A stretch of DNA of 64,000 bases from Thalassobaculaceae bacterium. GTDB lineage: Bacteria; Pseudomonadota; Alphaproteobacteria; Thalassobaculales; Thalassobaculaceae. Position numbers and translations under genes: made by a program. Below are positions 1 to 12,557 of this stretch, piece after piece. The notes under the pieces were generated by a model that worked only from the letters and a program-made list of their open reading frames with translations, did no database searches and was not told where the DNA came from. The stretch spans positions 4,322,616 through 4,386,615 of the forward strand of contig OZ245843.1 of NCBI GenBank assembly GCA_965228875.1, in the 5' to 3' direction. Position 1 is the first letter of the stretch. Each line of letters opens with the position of its first letter.

Positions 1-347
1 TAGCGCTCGACGCCGACGCCATGCACGGGGCCGCCCAGCGGCTGGTCGGCCATCATGACTTCACCACCTTCCGCGCCACCCAGTGCCAGTCGGCGTCGGC
101 GGAGAAGACGCTGGATCAGCTCGACGTGGCCCGCGACGGCGACCGGGTCGTCGTCATCGCCCGCTCGCGCTCCTTCCTGCACCATCAGGTACGCAACATG
201 GTCGGCACTCTGAAGCTGGTCGGTGAGGGCAAATGGAACGCCGACGACGTCTCGGCGGCCCTAGAGGCCCGGCGCCGAGCGGCGGGTGGACCGACCGCGC
301 CGGCCGACGGCCTGTATCTCACCGATGTGATCTACCCGCAGGCGTGA
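1..347 (+). CDS. truA: tRNA pseudouridine(38-40) synthase, 3' part (runs off the window start)
   Basis: [19 protein letters not shown] and TAPADGLYL motifs of the TruA C-terminal half; frame is open to the window edge. Confidence 0.93.
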   Translation, partial: ALDADAMHGAAQRLVGHHDFTTFRATQCQSASAEKTLDQLDVARDGDRVVVIARSRSFLHHQVRNMVGTLKLVGEGKWNADDVSAALEARRRAAGGPTAPADGLYLTDVIYPQA

Positions 348-438
348 TCTCCCACGCATGTGACCGCCGTCGACGCGCCGGCGCGTTACCTTGGCCGCTG
401 CATCCAAGAAAGTGACCCAATTCCACGGCGGCGCGGCG

Positions 439-1368
439 ATGACCGGATCGAGAGCAGGCTTCAGGGTGACCGGCGACGTCAGCCGGCGCGGCGTGATCGC
501 CGGGATTGTCGGTCTGACCCTGTCGGGATTTCGCAGTCTGGAAGGCTGGCTCGCGCCGTCGGCAAGCCCCTGGCCCCGCTGGGAGGCGCACGATCCGGAA
601 AGCACGCGCCGCCTGGACTGGGAACCCCTCGATCGCTGGCTGTCGACGCACGTCCAGGCCTCGAGCGATGGCGTGAACCGGGTCGACTACGGCGGCGTCA
701 GCGCGGCGGAGCGTGCGGCGCTCGCCGGCATCGTCGACACGCTCGCCGCGACGGCGGTCTCGGAACTCCCCAGGGACGAGCAGTTCGCCTACTGGATCAA
801 CCTCTACAACGCGGTCACCCTCAAGGTCGTGCTCGACCACTATCCGATCGACAGCCTGCGCGCGCTCGATCTCGGCGGCGGATTCGCCTCGAGCGGGCCA
901 TGGAAGGCGGATCTGGTGGAGGTCGAGGGCGAGCCGCTCAGCCTCAACGATATCGAGCATCGCATCCTGCGGCCGATCTGGCGGGACAACCGGATCCACT
1001 ACGCGGTCAACTGCGCTGCGATCGGGTGCCCGAACCTGCGCCGCGCGGCGTGGCGGCCGGAAACACTGCAGCGGGACCTGGACGCGGCGGCGCGCGCCTA
1101 CGTCAACCACCCGCGCGGCGTCGAAGTCCGGGCGAGGGGCGGGGCGCCGCACCTGGTCGTCTCGAAGATCTACGACTGGTACGCGGAGGATTTCGGCGGA
1201 AGCGAGCCGGCGGTGCTGGACCACCTGCGGCGGCATGCCGACGGGGCGACCGCGGACGCGCTGGCCGGACTGAACCGCATCCACGCTACCGCCTATGACT
1301 GGACCTTGAACGACGTGAAGCCGCCGCGTTCCAAGCCTCTGAAGCCCAAGCCTCTGAAGACAGAGTAG
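439..1368 (+). CDS. DUF547 domain protein, probably exported
   Basis: AYWINLYNA, SLNDIEH, RIHYAVNCAAIGCP and YDW motifs; SRRGVI twin-arginine-like leader; start uncertain (TTG at 391 possible). Confidence 0.8.
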   Translation: MTGSRAGFRVTGDVSRRGVIAGIVGLTLSGFRSLEGWLAPSASPWPRWEAHDPESTRRLDWEPLDRWLSTHVQASSDGVNRVDYGGVSAAERAALAGIVDTLAATAVSELPRDEQFAYWINLYNAVTLKVVLDHYPIDSLRALDLGGGFASSGPWKADLVEVEGEPLSLNDIEHRILRPIWRDNRIHYAVNCAAIGCPNLRRAAWRPETLQRDLDAAARAYVNHPRGVEVRARGGAPHLVVSKIYDWYAEDFGGSEPAVLDHLRRHADGATADALAGLNRIHATAYDWTLNDVKPPRSKPLKPKPLKTE

Positions 1369-1423
1369 AGTCACACATCAGAGGTTTCCGTCTGATCGTG
1401 ATCCGCTCTCCGACTCCGGAGAG

Positions 1424-2437
1424 CTACCCCTCGAGCAGGTCGGCCACGGCCTGGCGAAGCACCGCCTCGTCGGCCGGGTTCAGGTTGGGGTTGCCCGCCC
1501 GGTGACCCCAGTCGGAGACGATGGGGCGGAACTCGGCGTTCGGCATCTGCGCCGTCTCGCGCTCGCTGTCCAGCGCGGTGAAATAAAGGTCGGTGGTCGA
1601 CGGCATGACGATGCTCCTCGCCGTGATCGAGCCCAGCGCCTTGGCGAGATCGCCGTTGTGGACGGGGTTGTCCGAGATGTCCGAGCGCATCCAGGTGTCG
1701 AGGCTGGCCAGCAGGTCGTCGCCGTCGCGGCGCAGGAAATTGCCTTCCCAACTGCGGACCAGCCAGTCTTCCAGCGAACTGAATCCGGCGCCGCGCCACA
1801 GCTCTTCGCGGTAGAAGGTCTGACTCATCGCCCAGCCGGCATAGACCCGGCCCATGGCCCGAAGTCCGGCCACCGGGCGGGCGCGGAAATGGGTGCCGGC
1901 CCAGGCCGCGTCTGCGGTCAGGGTGGCCCGCACGCCTTCGAGGAAGACCTTGTTGTGCGGCGAGGTCCGGGCGCTGGTGCAGACCGCGCAGATCCGTTCG
2001 ACCATGGCCGGGAACAGCGCGCCCCAGTGCAGTGCCTGCTGGCCCCCCATCGACCAGCCGTAGACCAGGGCGATGCGGTCGACGCCGAACGCCTCCTGCA
2101 CCAGCCGTTTCTGGGCGTGGACGTTGTCCCAGTGGGTGAAGACCGGAAATCGGCCGTGACCGAACGGCTCGGACAGGGTGCTCGGACTGGTCGAAAGGCC
2201 GTTGGTGAACATGTTCGGAATGACGACGAACCAACGGGTCGGGTCGAGCACCCGGTCGGGTCCGATCAGCCACTCGGTATCGAGGTGCTGCGCGCCGTAC
2301 GAGGTCGGGTACAGGACCAGGTTGGAGCGGTCCGGCGCCAGGGTTCCATAGGTCTTGTAGGCCAGGCGCAGGTTCGGGACCGTGGCGCCGTGCTGCAGGA
2401 CGGTCGGGCCGAGGTCGAAATAGGCGTAGTCCGGCAT
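1424..2437 (-). CDS. Homoserine O-acetyltransferase-like alpha/beta hydrolase
   Basis: LAYKTYGTL, GWSMGG nucleophile elbow, DLYF, C-terminal GH. Confidence 0.8.
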   Translation of the reverse strand: MPDYAYFDLGPTVLQHGATVPNLRLAYKTYGTLAPDRSNLVLYPTSYGAQHLDTEWLIGPDRVLDPTRWFVVIPNMFTNGLSTSPSTLSEPFGHGRFPVFTHWDNVHAQKRLVQEAFGVDRIALVYGWSMGGQQALHWGALFPAMVERICAVCTSARTSPHNKVFLEGVRATLTADAAWAGTHFRARPVAGLRAMGRVYAGWAMSQTFYREELWRGAGFSSLEDWLVRSWEGNFLRRDGDDLLASLDTWMRSDISDNPVHNGDLAKALGSITARSIVMPSTTDLYFTALDSERETAQMPNAEFRPIVSDWGHRAGNPNLNPADEAVLRQAVADLLEG

Positions 2438-2498
2438 CGGGCGCTCCGGGGCGGGATCGGCAGGTGCCGGGATTAGACCACGGTCCGGACCCGGCCCG

Positions 2499-2894
2499 TC
2501 AGCCGAAAACGACGGCGTGCATCAGCCTGCCGGGCATCAGGGTGAACAGTCCGGTGATCGCCAGCGCCAGGGCGAAGAGGGAGAGCATGATCCGCCGGTG
2601 CCGGTCGACAGCGCCGCGTCTGGCGGCATGCACGCCGGCGATCAGGCTGAACAGCGTGACGAGCGCGAGAAGGTGGATCGGGCTCCACCGGCCCCACAGT
2701 CGAAGCTCGTAGATGAAGAAGGCGGTGATGCTTACCGCCGCCATCAGCAGAACCCAGACCCAGCCGACGACCCGGTGCCTATGGCCGCCCTTCGGTAGCA
2801 GGATCTGGCTCAGCCCGAGCACGAACGCGGCGAGAGCGGCTACGGCGTGCACCTGAATCACTGCCGGCGCGGCGAGGAAGGGTGCGAGGGTCAT
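2499..2894 (-). CDS. DUF2306-like membrane protein
   Basis: Four hydrophobic segments; KGxxxHR, SPIH and PGR motifs. Confidence 0.7.
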   Translation of the reverse strand: MTLAPFLAAPAVIQVHAVAALAAFVLGLSQILLPKGGHRHRVVGWVWVLLMAAVSITAFFIYELRLWGRWSPIHLLALVTLFSLIAGVHAARRGAVDRHRRIMLSLFALALAITGLFTLMPGRLMHAVVFG

Positions 2895-2931
2895 GTGATC
2901 TCCTGCAACGGGGCGGCGTGCGGAGGGACCT

Positions 2932-3219
2932 TCAGCCCGTCAGGAATGCCAGCCTCTCGTCGGTCAGAGACGGCGTGAGTTCGACGATCTCGGCGGTGAC
3001 CACGCCCTCGGCCACGAACGGGTCGGCCTCGACGCGGGCGCGCAAGGCTTCCGCGGTGGTGTCGTGGGCCAGGATTCCGCCGCCGAGCCCCGGCGGCAGG
3101 CTGCCGGCGAGCATGAACACGCCGTCGTCGAAGCCCTGCCTGAGCCATGCCTTGTGGGCGTCCAGGAACTGCGATGCACGGTCCCGGTTGTCGGCGAATT
3201 TAAGCAGCACGATGAACAT
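2932..3219 (-). CDS. YciI family protein
   Basis: H in AHKAWL, GG in GGGILA, DPF motif; ATG at 3219. Confidence 0.75.
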   Translation of the reverse strand: MFIVLLKFADNRDRASQFLDAHKAWLRQGFDDGVFMLAGSLPPGLGGGILAHDTTAEALRARVEADPFVAEGVVTAEIVELTPSLTDERLAFLTG

Positions 3220-3240
3220 GGTTGGCGTCCTTTCGGGGGC

Positions 3241-3301
3241 AGAGGCAATCGGTTCAGATCGAACGGATCTGAAGCGTGAAGCGCCCTCTAAGTTGTTAAA
3301 G
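3241..3301. repeat. Palindromic interspersed repeat, copy 1 (TTCAGATC-N5-GATCTGAA core)
   Basis: 46/61 ungapped identities (counted by hand) to 31921-31981. Confidence 0.7.
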
Positions 3302-3893
3302 ACAGAGCAGGCTCGCCTGTCGGCCTGAGGTCGCATCGGGAGTCGATCCAGGCGCAGAGCGCCTCGGTCTCGCGGTGCAGGAAGGGCTCGTCATCGAATG
3401 CGTTGGCGAGGGTGGCGATGCCCTGGCTGCGGGCCAGGATGTGCATGGCGAGGTCGTCGGCGTCGGGTCCGTGGCCGAGGGCCCGGAACTGACAGCCCAG
3501 CCAGTCGCGGAACAGGGTGAAGATCGCCGCCGCGTCGCCCCTGGCGCCGTGCTCGAGCTTGGCGAGTTCGGTACTCAGCGTTCCGACCGGGCAGCCGTAC
3601 AGCAGGATCTTTGCCCGGTTCATGACCAGGATCCGCACGAAGCAGCGGATGCGCGCCGCCGGGTCGCCGCCCTCCGCTTCCCAGTCCGCGAGCATGGCGC
3701 GGGTGGCGTCGAGCCGCCGGGCGATCACCGCGTCCAGGATCTCGTCCTTGGTTCGGAAGTAGTAGTAGAAGTTTCCGCGCGAGACCCCCACCGCGCCGGC
3801 GATATCGGCGAAGGAGGTGTGGGCGTAGCCGTGCTGGTAGAACAGCCGGTCGGCCGCTTCGACAATCTGTTCCCGAGTGATCTTTCCGGCCAT
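3288..3893 (-). CDS. TetR/AcrR family transcriptional regulator
   Basis: N-terminal HTH (TSFADIAGAVGVSRGNFYYYF); GCPVG motif. Confidence 0.92.
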   Translation of the reverse strand: MAGKITREQIVEAADRLFYQHGYAHTSFADIAGAVGVSRGNFYYYFRTKDEILDAVIARRLDATRAMLADWEAEGGDPAARIRCFVRILVMNRAKILLYGCPVGTLSTELAKLEHGARGDAAAIFTLFRDWLGCQFRALGHGPDADDLAMHILARSQGIATLANAFDDEPFLHRETEALCAWIDSRCDLRPTGEPALSLTT

Positions 3894-3926
3894 GCCGCCC
3901 GCCGTCTCACCAATGCCGGAACCATA

Positions 3927-3977
3927 TTAGGACGATTGTCCTAAACACTCAATACACAATTTGGTCGATTGTCCAAA
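3927..3977. promoter_or_regulatory. Two tandem palindromic operators, probably bound by the adjacent TetR
   Basis: TTAGGAC-GATT-GTCCTAA (3927-3944, perfect arms) and TTTGGTC-GATT-GTCCAAA (3960-3977, one mismatch) just upstream of tetR. Confidence 0.7.
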
Positions 3978-4049
3978 TCATAATCACGGGTAAGCCGGGC
4001 CGGCGACAGGAGTGGCGCCGACGGGCCTGGGCTATCTGCTGTCAGGTGG

Positions 4050-4271
4050 CTATCGGGCTTCGTCGCCGTGGTCGGTATCCTCGGCCTGGGGCGGGATCTT
4101 CAGCGTGAGGAAGGCGAAGGCCAGGCCGGCGATCAGAAGCCAGAGCCCCTTGCCGGCGCCGAGGCCGTGGATTTCGGCGAACAGCTCGCTCAGGGCGACG
4201 ATACTCAAGACCCCGCCGCAGCCGCGGGCGACCAGAATCCGGGAATCCGCCATCGCATACCTCTCCGTCAC
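4050..4271 (-). CDS. Small hypothetical membrane protein
   Basis: Two hydrophobic segments; co-directional with the flanking genes. Confidence 0.5.
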   Translation of the reverse strand: MTERYAMADSRILVARGCGGVLSIVALSELFAEIHGLGAGKGLWLLIAGLAFAFLTLKIPPQAEDTDHGDEAR

Positions 4272-4346
4272 TCGACGCGGAGATCAGGGTAGGCGGACGT
4301 TTGTTAAATTTTTCCGAACGTCGGGCCGGTCGGGCCGGCGGGTCGA

Positions 4347-5443
4347 TCAGTCCGCGAAGGATCGCGAAATTTCCAGGAACCGATCCGATACCGACAGGAA
4401 GGCGTCCACCATATCGGGATCGAACTGGGTGCCCCGACCGGCGGAAATCTCGTCCACCGCGACCTCGTGGGGGAAAGCGGGTTTGTACACGCGCTCCGAG
4501 ATCAGGGCGTCGTAGACATCGGCGACCGTCATGATCCGGCCCGACAACGGAATGGCCTCGCCGCTGAGGCCGTTGGGATATCCGCGGCCGTTCCAGTGCT
4601 CGTGGTGCGTCAACGCGATCTCGCGCGCGAACCGCAGGAACGTGATGTCGGTGTTGTCCAGACTGCGCTCGGCCGCCTTGATCGCCTCGTAGCCGAGCGT
4701 GGTGTGCGCCTTCATGACGGCGAACTCCTCCTCCGTCAGGCGCCCGGGCTTGAGCAGGATCGAGTCCGGGATCCCGACCTTGCCGATGTCGTGCAGCGCG
4801 GCCGACCGGTAGAGCAGATCCACGGTCTCGGGCTCGAGGACGTCGCGGAACTTGGGGGTCTCGGCAAGCGCCTCGGCAAGGACGCGCACATAGTGCTGCG
4901 TGCGGCGGATGTGATTGCCGGTCTCATTGTCCCGGACCTCGGCGAGGGACGCCATGGCCACGATCGCGGCGTCGCGAATGGCGCGCACGTCACGGGTGCG
5001 GCGCTCGACTTCCTCTTCCAGAAACGCGTTCTGGTTCCGCAGGACGTCGTTGGCCTGCTTGAGCTGAAGGTGGTTGCGGACCCGCGCGACGACGATGGGC
5101 GGGCTGATCGGCTTGGTGATGTAGTCGACGGCGCCGAGTTCCAGACCCTGCTGCTCGTCGATCTGATCGGTCCGGGCGGTGAGGAACACGACCGGAATGT
5201 CCCGGCAGTCCGGATCCGCCTTCAATCGACGGCATACCTCGTAGCCGTCCATCACCGGCATCATGATGTCCAGCAGGATCAGGTCGGGCTGCGGCACGGA
5301 CCGCGCGATGGCCAGCGCCCGATCGCCGCCGTTGGCGACCTTGACCCTGTAGCTGTCCTTTAACAGGCCGCTCATGAGGCTCAGGTTGTCCGGGGTGTCG
5401 TCCACGACCAGAACCGTCCGGCGACTGTCGCCAACTGACGCCA

Positions 5444-5444
<1 letters not shown>
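4347..5444 (-). CDS. RpfG-type response regulator (REC + HD-GYP c-di-GMP phosphodiesterase)
   Basis: REC motifs (VVDD, DIMMP, KP), HDIGK, HHEHWNGRGYP. Confidence 0.92.
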
Positions 5445-8911
<3,467 letters not shown>

Positions 8912-9045
8912 TGAAGGACTGCCTTGGCGCCGCGAAGCTGCAGGGGCGCATTATGTTGAGTTTGCCTGCAAGCGAAAGCCCGCAATTGTAGAGGATCGAC
9001 GTCTTTCGCGTATGGCCTCCCGCCCAGGACGATAGTTCCCGGTCC

Positions 9046-9060
9046 TTAACCATCGATTAA
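9046..9060. promoter_or_regulatory. CtrA-type binding box
   Basis: TTAA-CCATCGA-TTAA (TTAA-N7-TTAA) about 135 bp upstream of the hybrid kinase. Confidence 0.6.
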
Positions 9061-9143
9061 TTGACCCGGCGCCGCCCTGACGCGCGGCCGTCCGGACCCT
9101 TTCGACACGGAGTCGGCACTCCTCGTCCGTCGAATCGCTGAGT

Positions 9144-9178
9144 AGTATGTTGACATACTGGCATACCATAAAGATGAT
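9144..9178 (+). promoter_or_regulatory. Sigma70-like promoter overlapped by a palindromic (GntR-type) operator
   Basis: AGTATGT-TG-ACATACT palindrome (9144-9159) overlaps TTGACA (9150-9155), followed by N17 and GATGAT; gntR lies downstream in the same orientation. Confidence 0.6.
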
Positions 9179-9323
9179 CCGTCTCCCACCGTGCCGGACC
9201 GCGCGCCCGGAACCCGAGTGGAACCGGAGCCGCGCGGGCGCCGACCGGCAGTCAAGCCCGGCGACCGGAAGCGGCAGCAAGAGCCTTCGGCGAAAGTCGG
9301 GGCGAGTGATGGAGGAACCCGCA

Positions 9324-11120
9324 ATGCCAGAGACCAACGCCCTGAACGGCGGACAGATGATCGTCGACTACCTGATCCGCAATAAGGTGCCGTATGCCTT
9401 CGGACTCTGCGGGCATGGCAATATCGGCTTCATCGACGCGCTCTACGAACGCCAGTCCGACATCAAGACCATCTCGACGCATCACGAGACGGTTTCCGGC
9501 TTCATGGCCGACGTCTACTACCGGGTCTCGGGTCAGCCGACGGCGACCTTCACCTCCTGCGGCCCGGGGTCGGCCAACATGCCGATCGCACTCGGCAACG
9601 CCTTTCTTGACAGCGTTCCCTTTCTTGCGGTGACCGGGAACGTTCCGACCTCCCAGTTCAATCGCGGCGCGTTCCAGGAACTCTACCGTCACCATCAGGC
9701 GGATTTCCCGTCCACGGTCCGGGCCTACTGCAAGCGGGTGTTCCAGCCGACCCGGGGCGAGCAGATGCCGCACACCATCCGCGAGGCCTGGAAGACCATG
9801 GTCACCGGACGGCCGGGCCCGGTCGTCCTCGACGTTCCCTTCGACATCTTCAAGGAGAGCACCGGCTCGACTACGCCGGACCCGCGGGACTGGGTCGACG
9901 GCATCAGCTGCAGGGCGGGCGCCGACCCGGACGGGGTGGAGCGGGCCGCCAGACTGCTGATGGAAGCCGAGAGGCCGGTGATCTTCGTCGGGTCAGGCTG
10001 CCGCTTCGGCGCCGCCTCGCGACGGTTGCTCGAACTGGCGGAGAAATACCGGATCCCGGTCGCGGCGTCGGCTTCGGGGCTTGGAGCGGTCCCGGCCGAC
10101 CACGAACTCGCGCTTGGACTGGTCGCACGCAACGGCATGTATCAGGCGAACCAGGCGACCCGCCAGGCGGACGTCATCCTGGCCATGGGCGTGCGCTTCG
10201 ACGACCGCACGTCGTCCAGCTGGATCCCGGGCTATTCCTTCAACATTCCGCCGACCAAGCTGATCCATGTCGACATCGACCCCGAGGAGATCGGCCGCAA
10301 CTATCCGGTCGAGCTCGGGCTGATGGCGGACAGCGTCACGTTCATGGGCCAGCTCCTCACCGCCCTGGAACCCTACGGGTCCGGGGCCACGCCGGCCCGC
10401 AGCGAGTGGCTGGCACGGATCGACGGATGGCGGCGGGAGTGGGAGGCGTTCATCGCCCCCGGCTTCAAGGATCCCGCCTCGCCGATCAACCCGCAGCGTG
10501 CGGCCCGCGAGATCGACCTCGCCCTGCCCGACGACGCGATCCTGGTCTCCGACATCGGCATCCACCACAACTGGCTGATCCAGTACTGCAAGCCCAAGCG
10601 GCCGGACAGCCTGATCGGCTGCATGGGGTTCGGGCCGATGGGGTTCGGCGTGGCCGGGGTCCTCGGCGCGAAGCTCGCCGCGCCGGACCGGCCCTGCGTG
10701 GCCGTGGTCGGTGACGGCGCGTTCTTCATGCACAACACGGTGATGGGCACGGCGGTCGAGTACGATATCCCGGCCGTCTGGGTGGTCTGGAACAACTACG
10801 CCTACGCCTCGATCCGCGGCCTGCAGCGCGGGTATCTCGAGGGGCGCGAACTGGCGACGGACTTCAGGCACCCGGAAACCGGCCAGCCGTACAACCCGGA
10901 CTTCGCCGCGATGGCCAGAAGCTGCGGTGTCGAGGGCGTGTCGATCGACCGGCCCGAGGACCTCGGCGACGCGATCCGGCAGGCCATCGCCGCCAACCGT
11001 CCCTATGTGATCGACGCCAACATCGGCGCCGAGTCGAATCCCGGTGGGGCCGGCATCTGGGATCTGCCCGGCCTCGGCCAGTCGAAACCGATGTTCGGCG
11101 GCCGCCACGAGATGGTCTAG
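9324..11120 (+). CDS. Thiamine pyrophosphate-binding protein (acetolactate synthase-like)
   Basis: GPGSAN, RFDDR, GDGAF...NN ThDP motif; GGAGGA RBS. Confidence 0.9.
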   Translation: MPETNALNGGQMIVDYLIRNKVPYAFGLCGHGNIGFIDALYERQSDIKTISTHHETVSGFMADVYYRVSGQPTATFTSCGPGSANMPIALGNAFLDSVPFLAVTGNVPTSQFNRGAFQELYRHHQADFPSTVRAYCKRVFQPTRGEQMPHTIREAWKTMVTGRPGPVVLDVPFDIFKESTGSTTPDPRDWVDGISCRAGADPDGVERAARLLMEAERPVIFVGSGCRFGAASRRLLELAEKYRIPVAASASGLGAVPADHELALGLVARNGMYQANQATRQADVILAMGVRFDDRTSSSWIPGYSFNIPPTKLIHVDIDPEEIGRNYPVELGLMADSVTFMGQLLTALEPYGSGATPARSEWLARIDGWRREWEAFIAPGFKDPASPINPQRAAREIDLALPDDAILVSDIGIHHNWLIQYCKPKRPDSLIGCMGFGPMGFGVAGVLGAKLAAPDRPCVAVVGDGAFFMHNTVMGTAVEYDIPAVWVVWNNYAYASIRGLQRGYLEGRELATDFRHPETGQPYNPDFAAMARSCGVEGVSIDRPEDLGDAIRQAIAANRPYVIDANIGAESNPGGAGIWDLPGLGQSKPMFGGRHEMV

Positions 11121-11129
11121 GATCGCCGG

Positions 11130-11828
11130 ATGCAGCACAGTCGCCTCCCCGCCCCGCTCGCCACGCTCGTCACCAACCGCCTGCGACAGGAGATCGTGGA
11201 CGGCGCGTTCGAGTTCGGAGAGGCTCTGTCGGAGGCCCGGATCGCCAAGCGTTACGAGGTGTCGCGCACCCCGGTCCGCGAGGCTTTCGCGCGGCTGGAG
11301 CTGGAGGAACTGGTCCGGACCGAGCCGCAGTACGGTACGTACGTGTTCACGATGGACCGGCATCAGTTCGCCCAGATCAGCGAGGCCCGCTCGATCCTGG
11401 AATGCGCCGCCCTGCGCCTGTCCTTCTCCCGCGACCGCGCGCGGCTGGCGCAGCGCTGGCGGAGCTCGGTGGCGACGCTGGAGGCGGCGGCCGAGGCGGG
11501 GGACACGCAGACCTATTCCGCCGCCGACGGCCAGTTTCACGACGCTCTGTTCGAGCTCTCGGGCAACCCCTATCTGGATGCCGCGCGTCGCCCCTTCGGT
11601 GCCCGCCTCGCCGCGATCCGCAACCGCATGGGCCTGTCGCCCGAGCATGTCGCGAAGTCCCGCGCGGAGCATCGCGACCTGCTCCGGCATGTCGAGGCGG
11701 CCGACCTCGACGCCGCCGTCGACCTTCTGAACCATCATATCGTCGAGAAGGGGGCCGCGTTCTGGTCCGTCCCCGAGACCCAGCCCGGACAGCGCTGGCA
11801 GAAACTGCTGGAACCCGGGGCCGACTGA
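11130..11828 (+). CDS. GntR family regulator (FCD domain)
   Basis: VSRTPVREA winged HTH; FH, N and EH motifs of the FCD domain. Confidence 0.9.
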   Translation: MQHSRLPAPLATLVTNRLRQEIVDGAFEFGEALSEARIAKRYEVSRTPVREAFARLELEELVRTEPQYGTYVFTMDRHQFAQISEARSILECAALRLSFSRDRARLAQRWRSSVATLEAAAEAGDTQTYSAADGQFHDALFELSGNPYLDAARRPFGARLAAIRNRMGLSPEHVAKSRAEHRDLLRHVEAADLDAAVDLLNHHIVEKGAAFWSVPETQPGQRWQKLLEPGAD

Positions 11829-11878
11829 CCGGCCCGGATCGCAATCGTCGGCCTCAAGGCCGCCCGCGATCAAGAGGC

Positions 11879-11966
11879 TGGCGGAGGGAGGGGGATTCGA
11901 ACCCCCGAGGGCTTGCGCCCAACACGCTTTCCAGGCGTGCGCCTTAAACCGCTCGGCCATCCCTCC
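11879..11966 (-). tRNA. tRNA-Ser(GGA)
   Basis: GGAGGGATGGCCGAGCGG...CACGC-CTGGAAA-GCGTG, long variable arm, GGTTCGAATCC, CCA end. Confidence 0.96.
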
Positions 11967-12125
11967 GGAAGCGCGCGGAAACTAGTCGAGCCGGCGCCGC
12001 TTTGCAATGCCCTGACGCGGGTGTGCTTTCGTGTGATGCCGGAAGGGGTTAGGATCGGCCGTCGCGAGCGGGAGGGCCGGTACCGGTTTCCGGGGCCATC
12101 GGGTCTCCAAACCACGGGTGATTCG

Positions 12126-12464
12126 ATGCGAACCGTCCTGCGCTGTATCGGCTGGAGCTTCGCCGCCGTCGCCGCCGCCCTGCTGACCCGGGACCTCTAC
12201 GCATTCGCCGAGGACGGCGCGTTTCGCCCACTGGCCCTCGGATTCGTCTGGCACACGCTGCACTCCAGTTCCCTGCAACTCGCCGAGGCCGCGGTCTCCC
12301 GCTACGTCAGCCAGTTTCTCTGGCACCCGGTCATCTCAACGGTTCTGTTGTGGCCGGGGTTCGCCGTGTGCGGTGGCCTGGCCGCCCTGTTCTTTCTCGC
12401 CAGCCGGCGGCCGCGGCGGCCGGGAGGACGCAACCGATCGAGCGAGTATTTTAAACAAGAATGA
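12126..12464 (+). CDS. Hypothetical membrane protein
   Basis: 112-aa ORF from ATG 12126 with hydrophobic segments. Confidence 0.6.
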   Translation: MRTVLRCIGWSFAAVAAALLTRDLYAFAEDGAFRPLALGFVWHTLHSSSLQLAEAAVSRYVSQFLWHPVISTVLLWPGFAVCGGLAALFFLASRRPRRPGGRNRSSEYFKQE

Positions 12465-12557
12465 ACTTGCTTTAATTGGGCGGAGGCGCGATGATGGCGT
12501 TGTACCGATCGCGGGACGCCCGGATCTGTCCGGGCCGTCGCCGCGCAGGAGGCCGCC

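Noticed and set aside
1331..1360. CCAAGCCTCTGAAG tandem duplication
   Set aside because: Small in-frame duplication in a low-complexity C-terminal tail (KPLKPKPLK); no evidence of function.
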